DNA of 64,000 nt, taken from contig CM022671.1 of assembly GCA_012295275.1 (NCBI GenBank), positions 7,130,001 to 7,194,000 on the forward strand. Direction: 5' to 3'. This document shows, in pieces, positions 14,681-26,577 of this stretch (the first letter of the stretch is position 1; the number at the start of each line of letters is the position of its first letter). The notes under the pieces are model-generated. The model was not told the origin of the DNA and did not search any database. It saw only the letters and a program-made list of their open reading frames with translations. The position numbers and the translations under genes are program-made. The DNA is from Chrysomallon squamiferum (taxonomy: Eukaryota > Animalia > Mollusca).

Positions 14681-15059
14681 TCTTACAGAGGACACTGTTA
14701 AATTTAAGGATTAATTTGTTTTACCTTTTTTCAAATACAAAAGGTTTTTCAAACAAGAAAGGAACATTCCTTTTTGGTTCAGAATTGCCTCTTGAAGAAT
14801 GAAATTTTTTTAAAAAGACAATTGCCATTTCCTTTAGCATTTAAATGTTCTAAAATGAAATTCATGTACATATTGCTTTTTAATGCCATTTTTAAATTCT
14901 TTTTTTTATGCGTTTTGTTATTTTCTTGTTTCATCTATGCTTTTAATTCATGAATGCATGGTTCGTTTTATCACAGTTAAAATCTCAGATTGTGAGCAGA
15001 TCTTTGGTTTTTCTACTGGAGTAGAATGGACTGGATGAGCAGTCTGCAAGATTGCAGTT

Positions 15060-15130
15060 GTCTCTCTCTATGAATCTTAGTTCAGAAATGGTCACGTGCC
15101 ATTGAACTAAAGAGGATAACAATGAGAGAC
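15060..15130 (+). promoter_or_regulatory. Eukaryotic SECIS element, type II, in the SPS 3'UTR
   Basis: ATGAA 15070-15074 lies opposite GGAT 15114-15117 (GA/GA core). Helix II is TCTTAGTTCA 15075-15084 / TGAACTAAAGA 15103-15113 (10 bp, one bulged A). Unpaired AA at 15086-15087, apical mini-helix ATGG/CCAT, helix I GTCTCTC 15060-15066 / GAGAGAC 15124-15130. About 390 nt downstream of the stop codon. Confidence 0.9.
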
Positions 15131-15181
15131 TTCAGCATGCAGACTGTTTGTCCCTCTTCATACTATCAGATCATGTTCATA

Positions 15182-15199
15182 AATAAACTTATTAATAAA
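15182..15199 (+). terminator. Polyadenylation signals of the SPS gene
   Basis: AATAAA at 15182-15187 and 15194-15199, followed by a GT/T-rich tract (TTTGTGTTTTTTG), just downstream of the SECIS. Confidence 0.7.
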
Positions 15200-16021
15200 G
15201 AAATACCTTTGTGTTTTTTGTTATTTTATGAATTCCATGACATTTAATAAAAATAAAGTACTTAATTTGGGCAAGAAAAGAATTATAACAAAATAAGAAG
15301 ATAAACATGCTTTTGTGGTCTAACATTTGCTCCATCTAATGTGCAGGTTCAGCCAAAATCAGAAAGCTGATGATTAACATTTCAGTAACTTACTTAATGA
15401 GACCAAGCATCATTAATTAAAACAAAATACTCTGCAAGTGTAAGTTTTATTTCGCACATCTTTAACAAATGTTTTCTTTCTCGTTATTAAACTAAGAACT
15501 TAAAAATCACATTACAATACTGAGTGTCATTGTTAAAATGCAAAATGTGACAATTAAATGGTCTAATTTACTTAGGTGTTCTGACACTGATAACAAAATG
15601 ACGAATTTTGTGTAAACTGTATGGTATCTTAAGATGCACAGACCTACTAATTACAAATAGTCTGTATTAATGTAAGTTGATGAGATTTTATTTCCAACAC
15701 ATTAAATTTAATGTGTCCCTGTTGTGAAGGTTATTTACTCTTTAGAATATTTTTCCAATGTAAATGTCAGCAGGACTCATCTGTGAATGTTGACCAATGT
15801 GCTAATTTACAGATGCACCTTTTTCAGCTACACTGCAAGGAATGACCAAGAGTTGTTTGGGAATATGTGTTTGATCCATATGTGCCATCATTACAATTTA
15901 TAGTACTGATCTAATACACTGCCAAGCAGATATACACATACAAAAACGAGCCACTTCACAACATGTACTAACTGTCCAAACATGAATACACTATAATAAC
16001 AAACAAATGATTATTTCCACA

Positions 16022-19000
16022 TCATCTTCTCCCTCGTCGTTTCATTGCAGCAGTGCACTGAGGACAAAACCATTTTCCTTTAGGTGCTTGGGAAAGACCA
16101 ACACAGCCATAATGAAACCATTCTATAGGACACTGGAACAAAAATTAAAAAAAATTAAGTTTAATATGGTTTATGATGAATGAAGTAAGAAACAAATAAT
16201 GTTACTATAATACATATCTACAGTTATGTGCATTCTTAAGGCCAAATATAATGAAAATTTTACATTTATATAGCTGACAATTATAAAGTGTATTTACTGC
16301 AATTGAAAACAAAACCATAAAAATATTTAGGCTTGCACTATTGTTATTCCAGGAATACAAAATGACAAGACAGAAACAGTATTAGAAACAGGGTTTAAAA
16401 ATGTATGTTATAATAAAAGAGAAAACTCACATCATCATTATCACACCCAACCATGTCACCATAGGAAACCTGATTGCACAAACAGTAACGAGGCTCGTTA
16501 GGGTCGCTCTGCCAGTCGTCCACAACCTGCAGTTCTGCATTCAAGTCTTCAATAGGCTCAATGACTGGAGTTGAAGGAGCTGATATAATGGGCTGTACTG
16601 GGGTGGGTGGGGCCTGTGAGGGTGCGACAGGGGCTGGTGTTGAAGGGTTTAAAGCAGCTGCCTTAACTGTTTGTCTGTAATAGAATTAGGTAATAAATTG
16701 TATGAATATAGTATTAAAATAAAAAATTATGTGATTAGAGTAATAAAATAAAATAGATGAATGTATAAATAATTAAAAAAATATAAACAGTTAATTAAAT
16801 AAATATAAAAAAATCTATCAGGGTATAAAATGAATTGGAAAAATATTTTTAAATAAGAATTATAAAATCAATATGTAGACTGAAATTAATCTGATGAACA
16901 GAGAAAATAAAATGTGAGAAATATGCATTGATATTATTTTAAAAAATTTTTAAAACTAAAAATTTACATGAAAATATATTAAATATGTCAAATATCTTTG
17001 TTAAAAATTATTTAAATAAAATCATTTTTTTTTTTTTTTTTTTTTTAAATATTTAAAATTATAAAAACAATGAGAAAGATAACCTTTAATATACAAAATA
17101 TTCTTATACATGAGAATAAATTTAAAAAAAATAATTTTCAACTAAACAAAAAAATATAACATACTTTTTGCTTCTCTGTGATCGAGGTATGGGGTCTGGA
17201 GTCGCTGGGTTTGACAAACTGCTTGCTGTTTCTTTGGCTGCTGCTGCTGGATTCCGTGTCAGAAGATCATAACTTGCCTTCATACTCGGAGTTCTCTCGC
17301 CCTTGTTGCATCTTAGGAAAAAAACACAAAATAATACACAACGTATGTTCAGATACAACATATAGTATGTCAAGAAAACATTATTTGTTGTGGCCTAGAT
17401 TTAAACTGCAAAAGCAAAGACAGGATATAAGGATAATATTAATACTAATAATAAAGTAGACTGCTTATTTTTTTAAAGGACATGCTCTGACACAGATAAT
17501 GAATATCAATACTAATCATCCTACTTGAATAGATTTATACTTACATACTGATTCCCTGATTTATTTTTAAAATTAATTAATACTGTTCTTTTTTTCAGAC
17601 AAATTAGTACTGTGTAGGTTATGTTATGACATAGAAAATGAATACAGACACTACTCTACATATTATATAGATCCAACTTAAATATTGATTCTATGGCTTA
17701 TTTTTAGAAATAACCAATTAATACTGTTATGTTTCTTGTGACACAGAAGTAGCATATGGGATTGCTCTCACACATTTTGGAAGAACATTTCATCTAAGCA
17801 GATATGTGAATGTCTGTATAGCTTAATACTTGTATTGTTGATGTGACTAGAACATAAAATTACTGAAACATTTTTTAAGATAAATGAAATCTTGGGTAAA
17901 CCCTATTAAATTTTGATTAGAAAATAAACTATCTTTTGTATAACCAGCTTCCCACAGACAGACAGGGATGAACAGATTAGAACTTGAAATAACATAATGG
18001 GTGCAACAAAAAACATCCATAATACAAACTAATAAGAAAACAATCAAAATTATCTTAATGAACATAACAGTCTAGTTTGGAGTCTAAATCCTTGTTTTGA
18101 GTTGAACTCTATATATCTTTGTTGATTTAAACAACACATTTAATTTAAATTATTTTATTAATAAATTACACATACTTGCTGAGTTGCTGCAATGGCTTGT
18201 GATGCTGCTGCTGCAATTGCTGCGTTGCTAGAACTGCTAGCTCCGATGTGACCTGATACAGTATAATAAATAAATAAATAAATAGCAATTTTAGAAGAAA
18301 ACCAATTTATGTTTTATTACACAAAAATAAATTATGGGCAGGAAATGTTATAGTAAAAGAAAAAAACTTCATATAAACCAAAATTACCACAGATCTCTTT
18401 CTCTACCAGTATTTTATTTAATATACAGTATACTGCTGTTACAAAAGATCTATCCATATAATATTATACTGATATAATTTTAATGAGGAAAATTTGATTC
18501 AACACAAATATTTTTGATTTAAATCCAGATATTTTCAATTAAAATACAAATATTTTTAATGTCAATTCAGATATTTTTAATTAAAATACCATTCAAAATA
18601 AACAGGGCTATTTTCATTTACGAGTTGAGGTGAGTAAGAAAACGTTGTACCTAGATTGTAAGTGATGGGTGATGGTGTAGAGCTAGAACTGAACATTGAC
18701 ATTGATGGGGAATTGGCTGTGGAGTTTGATCTTCGTATAACCTCTTTAGCAGCTTCAGTAGCAATGCTAGACAACACCTCCGTAGTCGGTCGTTTGTCAA
18801 CACTGTGGCTGTTTAGTAATGATGATGTCTGTGTAAGTTTTCTTTCTGAAAACAAGAATAAAAAATAAATAAATAAATATTTTTTAATGTTAAATAAGTA
18901 TTCTAATTGTTATTGCATTTTTGTTTTTTGTTTTTGTGGGGTTTTTTTCCCCTTTAATAATACTGGTAATAATTTTAAATAAGAAATTTCTTTTGGTATT

Positions 19001-19263
19001 GCATGTTTTTGTTGTTTTTTTTTTTTTCTCCATTTATTAGTTCTGTTAATAATTTTAAATAAATAGTTTCATTTGTTATGGCATGTTCTTTTTATTCTTT
19101 TTTAACTGCTCTGTGTTCTCTATGATTCTACTGGATATATTTGTCTATAATTTATTATAATTGAGGTTACATTAGAAAAATTTTATGTACAAAATTTTAC
19201 TTCAATATCATATTGTTTCAGCAATGCTTCAGATTATTATTACTTTTTAAAAATTTAAATCCA

Positions 19264-19297
<34 letters not shown>

Positions 19298-21424
19298 TTA
19301 GTACACATAAACTCAAAACAGAAAGTCTATTCATATGTCAGTTTTTCCATACTAATTTCTAGCATCTTCAAAATATCTCAACTTTCAAGCATTCTGTGTT
19401 AAGTAAATGTAATGTAAAACAATTTATAAAACTGTTTAGTTACTTAGATAATTATTTAATTATTATTGGACTGTTTATGTAAAAAGTGTTTTGTTTCTTA
19501 CTCTCAGCTCTTTGGTTATTTGCTACAGGAACAGGCTTGTCCAGTTCTAAAGACCCTGTTAATGGAAAATATATTTTTTGAATCATACATTATTTAACTT
19601 CCATTAATTTCTTTTTTTTTACCATTTTCAATTTAAATCATGTAAAAACAAAATAATGTTGCCATATTGTCACACTGAGGAAGACATATAATGTTAAATC
19701 TGTTTTCACTGGTCACTGATTGTTAAAACAGTCTTCACTGGTCGGATTCTTTCAGGAATAAAACTGTTAGAATCTTGAACTGTTACAATATTACAAAGAT
19801 AATTTACATTATTATTCTAACATCAGTTAAAAATACAAATGATTTAATTATGAGTGAAAATATGAAATTATTTTGTTATTATTTTTTATTAAAATCACTA
19901 CTCACTTTTCTCCAAAGTTTCTGTAATTCCTGCATTATCAGCCTCCAGTTCCATCTTGAATTTGGAAAGTTCCTGATCAAGTTTTCGTAAATGTCTATCC
20001 ACCTAAAAATATGCAAGTATATAGTACAAGCCACAATATAGTCCACGTACAATAAAACAGTGCTATTCCAATGAGATGGAGAGACAATGAGAAAGAATGA
20101 GAGAAAGAGAGAGAATGAATTAATCATTAGCTGTTTAATAAAATTAACTTATTTAACCTAATGAATATTTAAAAAGTGGCTTTTAGTGCAATTATTTAAG
20201 AACGAAATTACAAAAAGTTACATTATTTTTTTAATTTAAATACAGTAAATTAAAAGGTGTTTTTTTTGTTTGTTTGTTTTTTTACCAGGTCATGAATGTG
20301 ATTGGCAAGCTGAACCTTTTCATCAGCATCACTCAGTGTTTTATAATAATCCTGAAAATACATTAATAATGTTTCATTTTGTGTATCTCATTATCTGGCA
20401 ATTGGTTTTCAAATTTTTCTTATTTTTAACATCAAACTTGGGTTTCCTAATCAAAAGCCTAGTTATGCTGTACATTTACTGTGGTCAGAAATCCAAATCC
20501 AAAAAATTGTCTGTCATTAAAAAGTGCCCACCAAACTGTTATAAATAATCATGCACATTTTTTGAATATTATGAAGTTAATATTAAAGTAATATATTATT
20601 TTTTAAATAAATATTCAAAGCAGATTTTTTAATTGTTTAAGAATGGCTTACATGTTTTATTTTTTGAAAAGTTTCATCCTTCCAGTCAGATTTCACATTT
20701 GGTAAAATGCATTTCTTGAAAAAGTTTTTAACTCTCTCCTCCAAACTATCAAGAGAATCTATTAAAACAAAATAACATTTAAAACAGTTACAATTTTTTA
20801 GAACACACACTCTAAATTTAAATGACAGGTCTAAGATCTATTTCCAAGATAGCTTGTTTGTATGAGTGTGCGTTTGCGTGCGTGCGTGTGTATATGAACT
20901 ATGTACGAAAACATACTTTGTACTTCCAGATCCATTTCTCTCATTTCAGTGAGACGTTCCCTCATCTCCATAGGCAGATTCTCAATCACTTAAAAAAAAA
21001 AAAATAATAATAAATAAATAAATAACTTAGGGTATGACAATTAAAATACGGTTAATTATTGACATCTGTTAAAATATATAACCTTTTATTTCTTTTTATT
21101 TATAAGAGCATATTTTTTTTAATAAAGATATTCATAAACCACTTTAAGATATTAAAATTTGTGCTATTATCGTATACCCCATCCATCCGGTTTTTCATCG
21201 TCATCCGCGGTCTATTGTTCCGTTTTTGCATTCTGTTCCGGGTACAAAATAAAAACTATCCATATGGACATTTTGTTAAGTTTAGACATCACTGACATTG
21301 CAATGCAAAGTAAACGTCTGTCAAAGACGACAATTTTAAATTCATAAATAATTATTTGTATATTAATTTTCGGTGGTTATAAAGTAAGTAACACACTTTC
21401 TAAATAATCCTCCAAGTACAGCAT
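16022..21424 (-). CDS. ING3: Inhibitor of growth protein 3 (NuA4/TIP60 subunit; ING N-terminal domain plus PHD finger), ~398 aa, with a 1-nt frameshift in exon 9 as assembled
   Basis: Exons 21424-21397, 20988-20917, 20758-20652, 20351-20286, 20002-19906, 19555-19502, 18845-18651, 18252-18176, 17311-17165, 16674-16431, 16132-16022. Translation: [34 protein letters not shown] ... [53 protein letters not shown] ... [61 protein letters not shown]. Confidence 0.95.
17367..17453 (+). repeat. 87-bp dispersed repeat, copy 1 (ING3 intron 8)
   Basis: 84/87 identical to the reverse complement of 22247-22333. Confidence 0.9.
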
Positions 21425-21865
21425 TTTGAGTTTCTTCTGTTCTAGCGCTCTACACTAAAAATATCTCCTTGATACTGTTCAATTTTAAAACGAACATTTT
21501 CATTGGTTAACATTTTCAGTCATTTGTTTCGGGGGAATTCCCGTTTCATTTTAACAAACTGTACATGTTGCAGTCTAAACTAAAAGTTATCTTTCGTTCG
21601 TTGTATGTTTTGCGATATTTTATAACTGTTATAAATTTAATATTTTCATTTATTCATGAAAAATTGGGACACAAACACATGTAACTAAAGTCCACTGGTA
21701 AAGGTCTAACCAATGAAACATAAGAACATAACTGATTTGCTGATTATGAGAGATCAGATAGATCGAGACTAGTCTAGTTTATGGATAATTTTAGCAAATG
21801 AGATTTTGAGACTAAAGAGAGGTGAAGGCCGTATATCCACCTAACGTGTGAAAAAAAAATTCGAC
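21425..21865. promoter_or_regulatory. Bidirectional promoter shared by ING3 and AMT
   Basis: 441 bp separate the divergent ATGs. Two oppositely oriented CCAAT boxes (21498-21509, 21707-21718) and GGGGAATTCCC at 21532-21542. Confidence 0.7.
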
Positions 21866-23643
21866 ATGCAGGCTGCTGGCTTTCGTTGTAGATTGCTCAT
21901 TACCACAAGAAAAAGTGACATCTTATTTAAACGGCTTTTTTCTTCACATTCTGTAGTAAGAAAATAATTAATGCAACTTTTGTGCACATTGATTGATTAA
22001 TAATATAAATCTATTACAACTTTTTTGTTGCTCGAGTTCACTAATTGTTTTGTCTCTTGTCACTTGTGTACTTTAGCTCAGTTAAACAGAACTTGGAGAT
22101 ATATTATTCTGAAGACAATATTTAACATACAGTTATTAATAAAACAATATTGTTTATAAAAAGTGATATTTATGTCAGTGGTAATAACCAAGAATGCAAG
22201 ATAATTATATATTTATTTATTAAGTAATAAAGTTTCGCTATTTAAGTATTATTAGTATTACTATTATCCTTATATCCTGTCTTTGCTTTTTCAGTTTAAC
22301 TCTAGGCCACAACAAATAATGTTTTCTTGACATTTTTATCGTTTGTCTAGAGTAAGAACAAATAATTTCAAAGTATGAAAACTTTTTTCTCCATTCTTCA
22401 TCAATATATCGTAAAGATTTCTCCGTTGTAAGCCAAACTGACGCATTACTTATCTCCCTTGATTTCAAACCCAAAATATTTACAATTTACAGTAATGAAA
22501 TAATCCAATATTGAAATTTATCCAAAATAATAATAATAAATAAATAAAATAATAATAAAATAAAATAAAATAAATAAAATAAAATAAAATAAAATATTTA
22601 GTAATCCTGTTTTCTGATCTATCCAGTGTGACAAGACTGTAGAGTATTAAATTACCAATCTGTGACTAGATGAATGTAAATAATTTGTTTCTTGATGCTG
22701 TAAATTGGTTGTTTAACTACATTTTTAACTACTGACTGATAAAGTTTTATTATGGCTCTATACATTAATCAAACCATTTATCAGACCTTTGATTACAAAA
22801 TCTAATACTTATTAATAACTGTTGATATGAATATGCTGAGGTATCATTAATGAAATATGCATTCATTCATTCATTCGTTTATTCTTTCATACATCCATTC
22901 ATCCATTATTTATTCAGTCATTCACCTATTTGCTCATTAATACATACATTCATTCATTTAATTTATTCATTCATTCATTCATTAATTTATTAATTTATTA
23001 AATTACTCACTTTTTCTCTTATTTATTCATTCTTTTATTCATTTGTTAATTTATTCACGTACTTATTCACTCATTCATTTATTTGTTAATTCATTCACTC
23101 ACTTGCACTCTCATCCATCCATTCATTCATTCATTCATTTATTTTTAGCCATTCATTTATTCATCAGTCATTTATTACAGGCAGATCTGAAAAGAACGTG
23201 TCTTTACGACTTCCACCGTGCTCATGGAGGACGAATGGTTCCTTTCGCTGGATGGGAGATGCCAGTTCAGTACAAAGACTCAATCTCTGCCTCACACGTA
23301 CACATCAGGGACAACGTCGGCATCTTCGATGTTTCCCACATGCTGCAGACACGAGTGTCGGGCAAAGATCGGAAACGCTTCATGGAGTCCATGGTTGTTG
23401 GAGATATAGAAGGATTGCGAGAAAACCAGGGAACACTGTCAGTGTTCACCAATGACCAGGGTGGAATTAACGATGACCTCATCATCACTAACACAGGGAA
23501 GGGTATCTCTATGTTGTGTCCAATGCAGGGTGTCGGGAGAAGGATTTTAACAACATGAAGGTGTGTTGTTTGTTTGTTTTATCTAGCTGTGTAAGTCTGT
23601 CAGTCTTTGAGAGAGTGTTCTGTGTGTGTGTGTGTGTGTGTGT

Positions 23644-23675
<32 letters not shown>

Positions 23676-25552
23676 TCTGTGTATGTGTGGAGGTGTATTT
23701 GTCAGTCTGTGTATGATTTGCCTTTTGAAAGTGAAGTAAAATTTAAATGCTTTCATATTCAATTTTCAGATATCAATGAAATACTAAGACATAGATTTAT
23801 TAGGGTAAAGCTTTTATTTTAACTAAATATTAAATTTATATGTAAAAAATGTCCAGGATATTTTCTCTAACTTTCACTAAAGCAGGTTGTAAGTATTTAT
23901 TTTTTATATCTATAGCTAAATCATATCTTTATCTTTTTTATCATTTCGAGTGCTGTTTTAATAGTTTTAAATTAAAATTTGTTAAAGTGTGTTATTTTTA
24001 TTGTCTTACTTAATTATTAATAAAGGTTGGAATCCTATAAACAAAATAAAGACATGAAAGTATGTTCCCTATTCTTATTTCCTCACTTCTCCCATATCTT
24101 TCAAAGTATTATTATAAATGTTTCCCATGCTTTTAATATTTTTTTAATATATATATATATATATATATTGTTCTTACAGTAAGACAAAGATACTATTTAA
24201 TAAAATGTAAAGACTTTTTTCTTCACTCTGGAATGAAGTTATTTTTGTCGTATCTAATGAATTTATTGCTTTGCTCAGAAATCAAGTTGTTACATCATAT
24301 ATCATGAATATATCAGATAATATATCAGATAATATTTGTTAAAAACAGAAACAGGCAGAGAAATGTCAGAAGGAGAGTTTGGATGTTAAAGTGGAAGTGA
24401 TCAACAGAGCTTTGTTAGCTGTACAAGGTTAGTTCTGACTCTACAGAGATACACAAATAATTTTGTTTTATATATTAATAAAATATTTATCTTTTCACTG
24501 TTACTAGATACATTATTCAATGTTAATCATATACCACCAGATAGACCTTGTTTTCAGAGATAAAGAAACAAAAGTGTAAATGCAGTTATAAAACTTTGAT
24601 TGTTATTAGTCATTAGACATGTTTTTGTTATTACGGTGAGAAGAGAAAATTTATAGTTACATTTACTACTAAGCCTCAGATGATTTATATATGCTTTTCT
24701 CCGTTGTCATTTACCAGTGTATTTATCCCATATATGCCTTTAACTTGAAAAAAATCAAATGGATAATGTTATGTACAAATATACATATAAATTCTCACAA
24801 CCAAGCTTATGTGTACACACATAGATGCTTGTTCACCTATATGCAGCCTTACATATAATAACAAACTTACACAGTGATATATACATATATAACACACATA
24901 CTTTTAATCATACAGATTAATTCTAAATACTGTACATGATGACTGTTTCATTCTGAAAGAAGTAAATGCTGAAATAATTTGTTTTCTGTATAATGTGAAC
25001 ATCATCCCTGACTACAGTGGATTTGTTTCAGGACCGAAGATGAAAAATATTTTACAGCCAGGAATTGACTGTGACCTCAGTAAACTTCCGTTCATGACAT
25101 CGACCATCACAACGGTGTTTGGGGTGCCGGATTGCCGAGTGACACGATGTGGTTACACAGGAGAAGATGGTGTTGAGGTGAATGTTTTATTTTTAAAATT
25201 ACACAATATTTGAAAATAAAATTAATTAATGTAAATAATTTTAAAAACTATGTTACAAAATAAATGAAATTACTTTTTCTCTGTGTCTGACGTTATTATG
25301 TGATAACTTTATTTATTTGTACTTTAATTTGTTTTTTAAATTTTATTCTTTTCCTATCTTTATTTTTATATCCAACTTCAGTAAATGTTGATCACTACTT
25401 CCTCCATTCATCCATCAAATAAAAAAAAAAAAAAAAAAATATAAAAAAAGCATAAATAAAAACTCATGATGAAGCCCTTACCTGTGTAGTGAAGTTTCAA
25501 ATACATATAAATTTATATTAAATAAATATATAAGTATAACCAAAAATAATAA

Positions 25553-25603
<51 letters not shown>

Positions 25604-26273
25604 AAATAACAGTAAAAATAAATAAATAATTAATTCTGGGTCACATCATAACTCAATAGTTGACTTTATAATTTATTAAGAATAAAATCTCTTAAATATA
25701 AAAAATATTTAACCTTATTTTTATATATGTATTTTTAAAACTGAACATACAGCTGTTTCTTGTCTCACACTGATAGTTTTAAAACAAATGTACATTATAA
25801 TAGTTCAGAATTCTAATATGAAAGCTAAGACTTATATCATAAGAATTTTCACATCAAAGATATCAGTAGAAGAAAACAAGGCAGCAGATTTGGTAGAAAA
25901 ACTTCTGTCATCAAAAGAAACTGAAGTTCGACTGGCTGGCCTTGGTGCTAGAGACACTCTGAGACTTGAGGCTGGACTCTGTCTCTATGGCAACGACATT
26001 GATGAGCAGACAACTCCAGTGGAAGCATCTCTTCTTTGGGTTATAGGTGACATATTTTTTGGTTGTTGGAAATACAGAATAAATATGGATTTTATTGAAA
26101 TTAAGTTTTGTTTTTTTGAAAACAGCATGCATCTAGAGCTTTTTTGAAAAATGGTACTGCTTTTTATAATAAATTATTATTATTATTATTATATTTATTA
26201 TTATCATTATTATTATTATTATTGTTATTGTTATTGTTATTGTTATTGTTATTGTTATTATTATTATTATTAT

Positions 26274-26315
<42 letters not shown>

Positions 26316-26359
26316 CACTACCACTACCACTACTACTACTACTATTGTTATTAATTCTA

Positions 26360-26402
<43 letters not shown>

Positions 26403-26546
26403 CATATTTATTTATTTATTTCCTAATTATTATTATTAATGTTTTAAGCAGGACATTTAACTGCCTGCTATATACTGGGAGGTACAATGTCTAAATTATA
26501 AAATTTTATTATTATTATTATTATTATTTTTATTTATTTATTTACT

Positions 26547-26577
<31 letters not shown>

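Noticed and set aside
18621-18650. Extended ING3 exon 7 using the downstream GTAAAT donor
   Set aside because: It gives phase 0, which is incompatible with the phase-1 start of exon 8.
23043-23180. N-terminal extension of the 171-aa AMT ORF in the track
   Set aside because: It is intronic TCAT repeat; the true exon starts at 23181 after TTACAG.
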